Shown: piece after piece, positions 1 through 7,911 of the stretch
Layout: each line of letters opens with the position of its first letter
Numbering within the stretch: position 1 is the first letter of the stretch
Source: Candidatus Saccharimonadota bacterium
GTDB taxonomy: Bacteria > Patescibacteriota > Saccharimonadia > Saccharimonadales > Saccharimonadaceae
DNA: 32,000 nt
Assembly (NCBI GenBank): GCA_002421785.1
Contig: DIRZ01000002.1
Location: forward strand, 300,001 to 332,000
Reading direction: 5' to 3'
Made by a program: the position numbers and the translations under genes
Notes under the pieces: model-generated
Database searches by the model: none
Seen by the model: the letters and a program-made list of their open reading frames with translations, nothing else
Told to the model about the DNA's origin: nothing

Positions 1-2
1 TG

Positions 3-1691
3 CTACGCAACCTGCCCCAGCATATGCAAAGCGACGCTAGTTCTAGCGTGGGCACACCAGACATGGTGTCGGTGGAGGCGAGCGAGGATGTGAGCGGGAA
101 TAGTGCGAAAGCACTGTTGCTGATGGCGAAAGAACTTGTGGTTTATTCTGTTGATGATGATGTGTGGTTGAGCCACGAGCGGGGAAAAGTTGCCAAAGTG
201 AGCATGGCGGAAGCGGCTGAGTTGCTGGCGCATGTGCCACTCGTAGGGCACGACACCAAAGTATTTTTGAAGCGTATGCTGAGTGCGGGTTACGACACGC
301 TTCCAGAAATACATCATGATACAGCCCAGGGTTCGTTCCTACTAAACCCACTGCGCAAATCTCGCGAGCTAGCCGATCTTGTGGGCATGGAATCGATTGA
401 TGACCCCAAACTTGGCATTAGTGCGGTATGGGCGCTGTATGAGGAGCAGGCAAAAGCGCTCGACGAACTACCAAAGCTTGCTCACGTGGCGCGTGCTATC
501 GACTTTCCGCTCATTCGGGTACTGGCACGCATGGAACACCGCGGTATCAAGCTGGACGTCAGCCACCTAGATGCCATGAACGTGGAACTAACAAGCAACA
601 TTGCTCGTATTCAGCAGGAAATGTTTGATATGGTTGGGTATGAATTTAACATCGCGAGCCCTGCCCAGCTGGCCGAAGTCTTGTTCACAAAACTACAACT
701 ACCGACTGTCGGAGTGAAGCGCGGCAAAACAGGGTTTAGTACGGGGCAAAAAGAGCTCGACAAGCTTCGTGGCCAGCACCCGATAATTGAATTGATTGAA
801 CAATTCCGTGAACTCACCAAGCTGCAAAATACCTATGTGGAAACGCTGCCAGCGCAGGCAGACGAGCATGGTCGCATCCATACTGTATTCAACCAAGACG
901 TGGCGGCAACAGGACGACTGAGCAGCACTGATCCTAACTTGCAAAACATCCCCATTCGCACCGAGCTGGGGCGTAAAATTCGCGATGCGTTTGTGCCGGA
1001 AAAGGGGAATGTATTTGTGAGCGCAGACTATAGCCAGTTCGAATTACGCCTGGCTGCGGTACTGGCGGGCGAAGAAAAAATGATAAATGACTTTAACGCT
1101 GGCACGGATATTCATTCCAAAACAGCGAGCGAAGTGTATCATATTCCGCTTGATGATGTGACTAAAGACATGCGCCGCGCTGCCAAGGTGATTAATTTTG
1201 GCGTGCTGTATGGCATGAGCCAGCATGGGTTAGCTGCGGCTGCCGGGATGAGTTTTATCGATGCAAAAAACTTTATTGACGAATACTTCCGTATTCGTCC
1301 TCGCATCCGCCAATACATCGACGCCACGATTAAGAAGGCGCATGACGAAGGTTTTGTGGAGACGCTTTTCGGCCGCCGCCGCCCTACGCCAGATGTAAAA
1401 TCGAGTAATTTTGTTGTTCGCTCGAGCGCCGAGCGCGCCGCAGCTAATATGCCGATTCAGGGGACAGAAGCCGACCTAATGAAGATGGCAATGCTGCGCG
1501 TTGACGAGCGTTTGGACGGTATGGGTGAGCAACTGCTGCAAATTCATGACAGCATACTGATTGAATGTCCTCGCGAGAACGCCGAACGGGTAAGTACGAT
1601 GCTCGTAGAAGCGATGGAGCAGATTTACCCAGAGCTTGGCGTGAATCTGCAGGTGGACGTGCACACTGGTAATAATTGGGGAGAGGTGTAG
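3..1691 (+). CDS. polA: DNA polymerase I (family A); N-terminus lies outside the window
   Basis: The frame is open from nt 3 with no stop before the ATG at 24, so the gene is 5'-truncated. Family-A motifs are readable: motif A DYSQFELRLAA, motif B RRAAKVINFGVLYGMS, motif C LQIHDSILIE. TAG stop at 1689-1691. Confidence 0.95.
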   Translation, partial: LRNLPQHMQSDASSSVGTPDMVSVEASEDVSGNSAKALLLMAKELVVYSVDDDVWLSHERGKVAKVSMAEAAELLAHVPLVGHDTKVFLKRMLSAGYDTLPEIHHDTAQGSFLLNPLRKSRELADLVGMESIDDPKLGISAVWALYEEQAKALDELPKLAHVARAIDFPLIRVLARMEHRGIKLDVSHLDAMNVELTSNIARIQQEMFDMVGYEFNIASPAQLAEVLFTKLQLPTVGVKRGKTGFSTGQKELDKLRGQHPIIELIEQFRELTKLQNTYVETLPAQADEHGRIHTVFNQDVAATGRLSSTDPNLQNIPIRTELGRKIRDAFVPEKGNVFVSADYSQFELRLAAVLAGEEKMINDFNAGTDIHSKTASEVYHIPLDDVTKDMRRAAKVINFGVLYGMSQHGLAAAAGMSFIDAKNFIDEYFRIRPRIRQYIDATIKKAHDEGFVETLFGRRRPTPDVKSSNFVVRSSAERAAANMPIQGTEADLMKMAMLRVDERLDGMGEQLLQIHDSILIECPRENAERVSTMLVEAMEQIYPELGVNLQVDVHTGNNWGEV

Positions 1692-2128
1692 TGAAGGTTG
1701 CGATTACCAGGCTCCATAGCAAGGCTGAGCATCCGCTGTACCAGACTGAATATGCGGCTGGCATGGATGTGACAGCGTGCATCGATCAGCCACTAACTAT
1801 TGCGCCACACGAGCGGGCGGTTATTCCGACGGGTTTTGCGATTGCGTTGCCGCCAGGTTATGAGGCACAAATTCGCGCACGAAGTGGGATGGCGGCGAAG
1901 TACGGCATTATGCCCGCTAATGGTGTGGGAACGATTGACGCTGATTATCGCGGGGAAGTGGGAGTGATTCTGCTCAACACCAGCAATGAAGCATTTACTG
2001 TCGAGCCGGGCATGAGGATTGCGCAGATGGTGGTGACGACCTATGAAACGGTTGAATGGGATGAAGTGGAAGTACTCACCGAGTCCAAGCGCGGTACGGG
2101 TGGCTATGGCAGCACTGGAACCAACTAG
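1691..2128 (+). CDS. dut: dUTP diphosphatase (dUTPase)
   Basis: dUTPase motifs AGMDV, RSGMAAKYGI, GTIDADYRGEVGVILLN, RIAQMVV and C-terminal RGTGGYGSTG. The preferred GTG start at 1691 shares its G with the polA stop (TAGTG) and follows GGGGAGAGG. The ORF-track TTG at 1676 is the alternative. Confidence 0.9.
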   Translation: MKVAITRLHSKAEHPLYQTEYAAGMDVTACIDQPLTIAPHERAVIPTGFAIALPPGYEAQIRARSGMAAKYGIMPANGVGTIDADYRGEVGVILLNTSNEAFTVEPGMRIAQMVVTTYETVEWDEVEVLTESKRGTGGYGSTGTN

Positions 2129-2471
2129 CCCAAAGGAATTTTTGCAGCAGGCCACGCATATTATCGTGGCGGTTGTTGATGATGAAGGAAAGCCCTGGGC
2201 GGTGCCATTGGGACTGAAGAGCTACAAACACCGTACCTTCCAGTGGTTTAGTGCCGTAGACACCGTGCACAGCAGAGCGATTGCGCGGAACCCTGAGGTT
2301 GCAGTGACAGCCTATATGGCGGACCCGACCTATGGCGTGTGCGCACGAGCCCATGCCAAAAAACAGCTCACGTTACCTGGTGGCTTTGCTTTGTACAGCG
2401 CTGAGATATATGAGGCATGGTATAATACGGGAAAACGTATTAAAACAAACATCGACGTAAAGGACCTGTAG
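2106..2471 (+). CDS. pyridoxamine 5'-phosphate oxidase-like (FMN-binding split-barrel) family protein
   Basis: The stretch ATHIIVAVVDDEGKPWAVPLGL...FQWFSAVDTVHSRAIARNPEVAVTAY matches the PNPOx-like N-terminal strand pattern. Start set at ATG 2106, overlapping the dut end by 23 nt; the longer ORF from 2043 would lie inside dut. Confidence 0.6.
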   Translation: MAALEPTSPKEFLQQATHIIVAVVDDEGKPWAVPLGLKSYKHRTFQWFSAVDTVHSRAIARNPEVAVTAYMADPTYGVCARAHAKKQLTLPGGFALYSAEIYEAWYNTGKRIKTNIDVKDL

Positions 2472-2474
2472 TAC

Positions 2475-3449
2475 ATGCAACATCGGTTTAGGAAATACTG
2501 GCGACACTTCCGTCCGCACTTCCGGAGGAATCGCCGTTACGGCAATCATCAATATAAATATCGCGACGTTCGGCACGATGAACCACACTTGGTTCCGCGT
2601 GAAGATGTGCAGTTTGTTTGCAATAGTACGGATTTTTTTGACTGCGCCGAAGAAGAAGTAGTCAGCATGCTGCAGCGACGCCCTGAGGTGCACGACCTCG
2701 ACCGCGATATCGATAGGTTGCGCAAAAGATTTGCTCGCACAAAGTTAGCGCATGACGGCATGGTGGCCCTACTAGCACAGGCGCCGAGGGCAAGTCTGGC
2801 GCAAATCCAAATGGATCAGCACCCTCATGGGTATCGCAACAAAAAAGAACGATTGTATGAACTGATCGATTTTAACGACACGCTTGTCGACACGGTGCAG
2901 CAAGTTGGCGAGCATGACCGCGAGCGGTTTGGCGAGGCGACTAAAGTAGCTGCCGATCGTGTATGTAAGCGCGTAGGTGCTCCATGTTTTACGGATGATC
3001 AGTGGCGAGCAATCATTCGTGGGCTCACGAGGGAAGTCGCCGTGTATTGGGCAGCGGTGAACAATGGCTTGAACGCGACGATGACGAGCCGCGCGCAGGA
3101 TGCATTGGGCATTGACATTCAGGTGCAAGACCCCGAAACAAAACGGTATATTAATATCGATGTAAAAACGCCGTCGAGCTTTCGGTATAGGCTTGAAAAG
3201 CTAGTCCAGGAAAATCGCCTGAGCGAACACGAACTGTACGAAGCAGATGAACGAAGTTATGCGGTTGAACATAATGGCCACGGGACAAACCATGCCACGA
3301 TTATTTTGCTGTGTATCTTGCCTGATATTTTTGGGGACTTCGCGGCGTTTCGCTTTGTTGATGAAGCTCCCATGCGAGATAAGCTCAACCAGCTCATACG
3401 AGAGCATGGGTTGAGCGACGGTTTGTACGGTGTTCCAACTTCTTCATAA
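2475..3449 (+). CDS. hypothetical protein with a PD-(D/E)XK nuclease-like motif
   Basis: 324-codon ORF. The core reads LTREVAVYW...DALGIDIQVQD...KRYINIDVKTPS, i.e. E ... D ... D-x-K in helix/strand/strand order. The first ~64 codons are unusually R/H/Y-rich, so the true start may be ATG 2667 (MLQRRPEV). Confidence 0.5.
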   Translation: MQHRFRKYWRHFRPHFRRNRRYGNHQYKYRDVRHDEPHLVPREDVQFVCNSTDFFDCAEEEVVSMLQRRPEVHDLDRDIDRLRKRFARTKLAHDGMVALLAQAPRASLAQIQMDQHPHGYRNKKERLYELIDFNDTLVDTVQQVGEHDRERFGEATKVAADRVCKRVGAPCFTDDQWRAIIRGLTREVAVYWAAVNNGLNATMTSRAQDALGIDIQVQDPETKRYINIDVKTPSSFRYRLEKLVQENRLSEHELYEADERSYAVEHNGHGTNHATIILLCILPDIFGDFAAFRFVDEAPMRDKLNQLIREHGLSDGLYGVPTSS

Positions 3450-3454
3450 AATAC

Positions 3455-3483
3455 TTGCGTTTATGGCGTACTAGGTGTATTAC
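3455..3483 (+). promoter_or_regulatory. sigma70-type promoter candidate TTGCGT-N17-TATTAC
   Basis: -35 TTGCGT at 3455-3460, a 17-nt spacer, and -10 TATTAC at 3478-3483. Downstream SD AAAGGA lies 6 nt before ATG 3530. Confidence 0.45.
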
Positions 3484-3529
3484 ATAAAGTGTAGCTAACA
3501 TAAAACACACAATCCGTGAAAGGACTGCT

Positions 3530-4279
3530 ATGACCGCTGTATCGCACGAGATGTGCACCGACGTGCATCATGAGACACTTCTTGATGAAGGGCTGCTCGA
3601 CGCGGCACAGTACATGATTAACCACCCTCGGCAGCGTGAAATACTCGCGCAGTTCATGAGTGGCGAGATTCACGAACAATTCGGCGGTTCCATTGTTACG
3701 CAGCGCGGCCATAATGAGCCGCCTATTGTTTATTGGCACGATCACGGTACTTTTGTTGCACCGGATGGCTCAATTTATCAACCACGCACCGATGACTACG
3801 ACATTAACAGGCAGATGTTTATGTCAGCCGTTGATGGTCGGGGGAGTGGTCTCCCGTGTATTCAGCCGTATACGTACGACGGTTATACTGGCCCGCATAG
3901 CATTTCAATGCGATTTGATTTTGTAAACGGAAAGCATCGCTGTGCGCCACAAAACACGCCCGAAGAAGCCGCATTACTACACCGTGAAGGCCGTGATCCG
4001 GTTGCGCCGCGCCACAAGGAGTGGGTAGCATCCGATCGCGATAGCTTGTCGTTAAAAAAGTTTGAAGATGGGCACATCGAAGGTGTTCTGCATGATAGCG
4101 TAACGAATACCGATACGAAGCTTTATTCACCTGAAATGGTCATGGCAGCTGTTTCTATGTTAGATGACATGCAGGCGGATATTGATAGGCTGACAAGTGA
4201 CACAGAGCGGAGTCGTCAACAAATCATTGCACGATACCTCGGTGACGCTGGCGTGGCCGGCGCAAACTTGGGCGAATAA
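3530..4279 (+). CDS. hypothetical protein (no recognisable domain)
   Basis: 249-codon ORF with a good SD (GTGAAAGGA) and its own upstream promoter. The product is acidic and soluble-looking, and I recognise no motif. Confidence 0.6.
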   Translation: MTAVSHEMCTDVHHETLLDEGLLDAAQYMINHPRQREILAQFMSGEIHEQFGGSIVTQRGHNEPPIVYWHDHGTFVAPDGSIYQPRTDDYDINRQMFMSAVDGRGSGLPCIQPYTYDGYTGPHSISMRFDFVNGKHRCAPQNTPEEAALLHREGRDPVAPRHKEWVASDRDSLSLKKFEDGHIEGVLHDSVTNTDTKLYSPEMVMAAVSMLDDMQADIDRLTSDTERSRQQIIARYLGDAGVAGANLGE

Positions 4280-4295
4280 GCTCGCCGTCGCCTGA

Positions 4296-4324
4296 TTGAC
4301 TATTTGTGACACTAGTGGCAAGAT
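4296..4324 (+). promoter_or_regulatory. promoter candidate TTGACT-N17-CAAGAT with TGn extension, 6 nt from the ATG
   Basis: -35 TTGACT at 4296-4301; TGG at 4316-4318 precedes -10 CAAGAT at 4319-4324. ATG 4331 follows after only AGGGGT, which implies a leaderless or near-leaderless transcript. Confidence 0.4.
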
Positions 4325-4330
4325 AGGGGT

Positions 4331-4936
4331 ATGTATAGAGGATCAGGTCCACGTATATTCCCGATAATTGTCGTTATTTTAGTGATAGCCCTTGTTATTG
4401 CCGCGCTCGTGTCAGTAGGGCGCATGATTTTTAGCGGCGGCGATTCGTCTGAGTCATCAAGTGGTGAGTCCACGGCTAACGTTGTGGCAGCGCTGCAGAA
4501 TATCAATGATTCGCGCGGGGTCCGCTGGACGGTTCGTGGACCAATTGTTGCCGATGAAGACTTTAGGAGTTACCAGATTACTGTGACACCAACTGAACGT
4601 AAGTTCGTCACGTACGCTGGCTACCTCGATCAAATCGTTGACGTCAAGTCGTACTCTAACAACACCGAAGCGTATGAGCAGTTTGTGTACGCCCTGGATA
4701 AAGCCAATGCTGGCACGACTAGGGAAGCAAGTGACGAAGATTTCCGAGGGGTCTGTGCAACCCAAGGATTTGCTTACAAGTTCGAGACGCTCAGCGACGA
4801 GCTGCCCGATCACATGCTGTGGACAACGACCTGCAAAGGCTCGAAGGGGACATTAGCTGCGAATACAACACAGGTTCATGCATTGTTTGTAAATCAGATT
4901 CCCGATTTTAAACCAGTCTTTACCCAGATTTACTAG
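4331..4936 (+). CDS. membrane-anchored hypothetical protein (N-terminal TM helix, extracytoplasmic domain)
   Basis: N-terminus MYRGSGPRIFPIIVVILVIALVIAALVSVG is a signal-anchor, followed by a Ser-rich linker and a ~150-aa globular region. TAG stop at 4934-4936. Confidence 0.7.
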   Translation: MYRGSGPRIFPIIVVILVIALVIAALVSVGRMIFSGGDSSESSSGESTANVVAALQNINDSRGVRWTVRGPIVADEDFRSYQITVTPTERKFVTYAGYLDQIVDVKSYSNNTEAYEQFVYALDKANAGTTREASDEDFRGVCATQGFAYKFETLSDELPDHMLWTTTCKGSKGTLAANTTQVHALFVNQIPDFKPVFTQIY

Positions 4937-4950
4937 TACAATAGAACTAT

Positions 4951-5526
4951 ATGATAAAGGGAATAATTTTTGATTGCTTTGGCGTGCTATATGGCGGGAG
5001 CCTTTCGACGCTCACATCTCTGTGCCCGCCGGAGCGTTACGAAGAGCTACGGAGCCTCAATAAGCAGGCGGACTACGGCTTTATTAGTGGCGAGGACTAT
5101 ATACAGGGACTGTCTGAAGTTCTAGGGATGTCGTATGGCGATGTGGCTCAGGTGATGGCCCGGAAGCATCACCGCAACGAGGAGCTTGTGGAGTTTGTGC
5201 GAGCGCTACGAGCGGATGGCGCTTATAAAATCGGTCTCCTCAGCAATGTGGGGAGCGGTACGGTAGAGCAGTTATTCGGTGATGATCTACGGCAATTATT
5301 CGATAGCGTCGTGCTGTCGTATCAGGAGAGTCTGGCTAAACCTAACCCAGGAATCTACACGCTTGCAGCGGAGCGCATGGGACTGAATGCGAGTGAATGC
5401 GTGATGATAGACGACCTGGAGCCCAACTGTGATGGAGCCGAGATCGCAGGGATGCAAAGCATACTGCACATCACTAATGACACCACGCGGCGTGAACTTG
5501 CAAGAATACTGAAAGAAGGTGCTTGA
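4951..5526 (+). CDS. HAD-superfamily hydrolase (subfamily IA-like)
   Basis: HAD motifs are present: I IIFDCFGVLY, II LLSNVG, III AKPNPGIY, IV MIDDLEPN. The Asp+2 position of motif I reads Phe, so classic phosphatase chemistry is uncertain. Confidence 0.85.
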   Translation: MIKGIIFDCFGVLYGGSLSTLTSLCPPERYEELRSLNKQADYGFISGEDYIQGLSEVLGMSYGDVAQVMARKHHRNEELVEFVRALRADGAYKIGLLSNVGSGTVEQLFGDDLRQLFDSVVLSYQESLAKPNPGIYTLAAERMGLNASECVMIDDLEPNCDGAEIAGMQSILHITNDTTRRELARILKEGA

Positions 5527-5551
5527 CATAGCATAAGCGGAGTGGGATAAT
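5523..5551 (+). promoter_or_regulatory. sigma70-type promoter TTGACA-N17-GATAAT heading the surface-protein island
   Basis: -35 TTGACA at 5523-5528 overlaps the HAD TGA stop. Exact 17-nt spacer, then -10 GATAAT at 5546-5551. SD AAAGGAAAC lies ahead of ATG 5587. Confidence 0.65.
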
Positions 5552-5586
5552 TTGGGCAGATAGTAACAAAAAGGAAACAAACAACC

Positions 5587-6177
5587 ATGAAACAACCAAT
5601 AAAATCAGCTCTTGCACTGAGTAGCGCAGTTGTCGCTGTCGTTGGACTTGTTCTTGCGCCAGTCGCCGCAGACGCTGCAAGCACAACTACTGTGACGGCG
5701 GTTCTTTCGGGAAGCGCATCTGTCTCATCGACAGGCACAACAGTATCACTTCCAATCACCCCAACAGTGAGCGGATCGTTTACGGCTGCTGCTGACACAG
5801 TTGTTGCGGGTACAAACAACCCAACAGGTTATAAGCTACAAATTAGTGGTACGCCAACAGCATTGACCAAGGGTGCCGATACTATTGCTGCATCATCTGG
5901 TACTCCTACAGCTGCTATCGCTCTTGCACCAAACACCTGGGGCTACCATGTTGATGGTCAATACAACTTTGCAGGAAGCGGCGCAGCTGTTACTAACCAG
6001 GCAAGCCTTGCGGGTACTTGGGCAGGCGTGACTGGCACGGCGGTTGATATTAAAACTGTTGCGACAGCTACTGCTTCAGACTCAACATCTGTCTGGTTTG
6101 GTGCTGGTGCAACCACTGCAAAGCCTGCGGGTAACTACGCGGCCGTTGTCACTTATACAGCAGTAACAAACCCATAG
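5587..6177 (+). CDS. secreted surface protein, WxL-domain-like layout
   Basis: Signal peptide MKQPIKSALALSSAVVAVVGLVLAPVAADA. The mature part is T/A/G/S-rich and Cys-free. GYKLQIS and NTWGYHV sit mid-domain, and the C-terminal strand PAGNYAAVVTYTAVTNP resembles the terminal aG-Y-x-x-LTWTL-x-x-P strand of WxL proteins with W replaced by Y. Confidence 0.75.
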   Translation: MKQPIKSALALSSAVVAVVGLVLAPVAADAASTTTVTAVLSGSASVSSTGTTVSLPITPTVSGSFTAAADTVVAGTNNPTGYKLQISGTPTALTKGADTIAASSGTPTAAIALAPNTWGYHVDGQYNFAGSGAAVTNQASLAGTWAGVTGTAVDIKTVATATASDSTSVWFGAGATTAKPAGNYAAVVTYTAVTNP

Positions 6178-6190
6178 GCACATTAGACGC

Positions 6191-7102
6191 ATGATTCAAG
6201 TGAACTATCACCGATTACTACTAGGGCTGGCAACAGCCCTAGTATTCGTCGCGGGCACTACAGTACCTGTCGGTGCGGCAGAGGATTTACGCGAGGGGAT
6301 GACGATATCACCGACCGAGAGGCGCTACAAGGCTAATCCTGGTGACACAATTACGGATTCATTTCAGATTCTTAACGATGGTCAGACCGCATACAACTTT
6401 ACGGTCTACGGCGCTCCTTATGGTGTGACCGATAGGGCGTACAATACAGTATACGAAGAGAGCAAGCCGCGTTCCGACGCCTACCGATGGGCACAATTTA
6501 GCCAATCAAACTGGCACGCAGAGGCGCGTGAAACGGTCACGATACCATTTACACTGCGTATTAGCGAGAATGCCTCACCTGGCGGCCACTACGGGGTGAT
6601 ATTTGCCGAGACTCAGCCTGCACCTAGTGATAGTGGCATTACGCGCAAAAAGCGGCTTGGTATGGTGCTGTATGTCACAGTGAGTGGTGATGTAAAAACC
6701 GAGGGAAAAGCCACAGGGCTCACTATCAATAGCTATCAGCCTGTTGCGCCCTTGCGTGCGAGCGCAAGCATCGAGAATACCGGCAATGTTGACTACGAAG
6801 CTACTTCTGTATTTGAAGTTTCTGACGTATTTGGCGGGGTGAAGTACAGAACCGCAGGGACGCATACTATTTTCCCTGCGACTACAAGGGATATTGAATT
6901 TACCTGGGATAAATCACCATGGTTTGGCCTTTACAAAGTCCATGCCGAAGTGACCGTGCTTGGTAAGCGCACCGTTCGCGATTCATACGTAGTGATTGCA
7001 CCAAACTGGCTACTATTCACCGCGCTTATCGCCATACTTATAGGGGGAATAAATGCGATTCGTCGTCGCCAGACTAAGCAGCGCCGTACGAAGCGCTTCT
7101 AG
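6191..7102 (+). CDS. CscA/DUF916-like cell-surface protein (signal peptide, two beta-sandwich-like domains, C-terminal TM anchor)
   Basis: Signal peptide LLLGLATALVFVAGTTVPVGA. MTISPTERRYKANPGDTITDSFQILNDGQTAYNFTVYG fits the DUF916-type opening. C-terminal TM WLLFTALIAILIGGINAI is followed by the basic stop-transfer RRRQTKQRRTKRF. Confidence 0.7.
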   Translation: MIQVNYHRLLLGLATALVFVAGTTVPVGAAEDLREGMTISPTERRYKANPGDTITDSFQILNDGQTAYNFTVYGAPYGVTDRAYNTVYEESKPRSDAYRWAQFSQSNWHAEARETVTIPFTLRISENASPGGHYGVIFAETQPAPSDSGITRKKRLGMVLYVTVSGDVKTEGKATGLTINSYQPVAPLRASASIENTGNVDYEATSVFEVSDVFGGVKYRTAGTHTIFPATTRDIEFTWDKSPWFGLYKVHAEVTVLGKRTVRDSYVVIAPNWLLFTALIAILIGGINAIRRRQTKQRRTKRF

Positions 7103-7886
7103 ATACCTTATCGTCGGTATCAGTATCGGCGTTCTCTTAGCTTGTATCCCTACATCTGCATCTGCACAAGGGACGACAGTCTCTGTGCCCTTGTGCGATG
7201 TAGCTCCGGCAACAATTGCTATTTCTACACCATTAAACAATAGCGTGTTCGACCAGCCTGCAGTCACCCTCACGGGTACTGTTTATCGTCTTACGCAAGT
7301 ACAACTTTACTTGAATGACAATTACGTTGCGACAGTCCCGCTAGATAGCGGAGCAACAACATTTACGACCGAGGTATACCTTTATCAGGGTACAAATAGC
7401 GTAAAACTCGTTGGTATTGATTTTTGCTCTCCGGCCAACCCAGAGGCTACTTGGACGATGATTTATGCGCCCGGGGCTCAGCCGACTGTCCAGCCGAAGC
7501 CCCCTGGAACGCTCCCTCGGCCCGTCCAGGCGGTAGTTGATTCATCAGCATACCTGCAAGAGCAGATAGACGTGGCATCACAGACCACGCCTGCACAGTC
7601 ATTTAGTGGGGCATTATACGAAGCGCTCGTAGCGCTTGATATCGCTCCGAAGAACGCGCCGCAAGAACAAATGAACCGTATGCTGCTTCGTATGGTTCTG
7701 ATTGTAACTGGAACGGCACTTTTGCTGTTCGCGAGCCCGTTCATATCACTGTACCACTGGGTGCGGTATAAGATTCTTCAGTGGAATATTCATGCGCTCC
7801 CTGAGCTAGTGCATCACCATGCGACACTTGTACTACGACTACTTGGTATCGTGCTTATCGCTATCCCATTCTTGTTCCTTGGCTAG
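7053..7886 (+). CDS. Ig-like-domain membrane protein (signal peptide plus two C-terminal TM helices)
   Basis: ATG 7053 overlaps the preceding gene by 50 nt. Signal peptide LIVGISIGVLLACIPTSASA. Ig-like stretch ISTPLNNSVFDQPAVTLTGTV...VQLYLNDNYVATVPLDSGATTFTTEVYLYQGTNSVKLVGID. Pro-rich linker, then hydrophobic helices LIVTGTALLLFASPFISL and LLGIVLIAIPFLFLG. Confidence 0.65.
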   Translation: MRFVVARLSSAVRSASRYLIVGISIGVLLACIPTSASAQGTTVSVPLCDVAPATIAISTPLNNSVFDQPAVTLTGTVYRLTQVQLYLNDNYVATVPLDSGATTFTTEVYLYQGTNSVKLVGIDFCSPANPEATWTMIYAPGAQPTVQPKPPGTLPRPVQAVVDSSAYLQEQIDVASQTTPAQSFSGALYEALVALDIAPKNAPQEQMNRMLLRMVLIVTGTALLLFASPFISLYHWVRYKILQWNIHALPELVHHHATLVLRLLGIVLIAIPFLFLG

Positions 7887-7902
7887 GGATTCCTGCTATA
7901 CT
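7872..7902 (+). promoter_or_regulatory. internal promoter candidate with extended -10 TGCTATACT
   Basis: TTGTTC at 7872-7877 and TGC+TATACT at 7894-7902. ATG 7912 lies 9 nt downstream with no SD. The same 10-mer TGCTATACTA recurs at 16267-16276. Confidence 0.4.
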
Positions 7903-7911
7903 AGAAATACC

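Noticed and set aside
2373-2693. 106-codon minus-strand ORF with a hydrophobic segment, opposite the odd R/H/Y-rich start of the 2475 ORF
   Set aside because: It overlaps the 3' end of the PNPOx-like gene and has no promoter or SD. It is kept only as a reason to doubt the 2475 start; ATG 2667 is a possible alternative.
5355-5819. 154-codon minus-strand ORF spanning the HAD 3' end, the promoter and the 5' end of the WxL-like gene
   Set aside because: It crosses an intergenic promoter and overlaps two well-supported plus-strand genes. Its A/T/V-rich translation is a shadow of the plus-strand gene.
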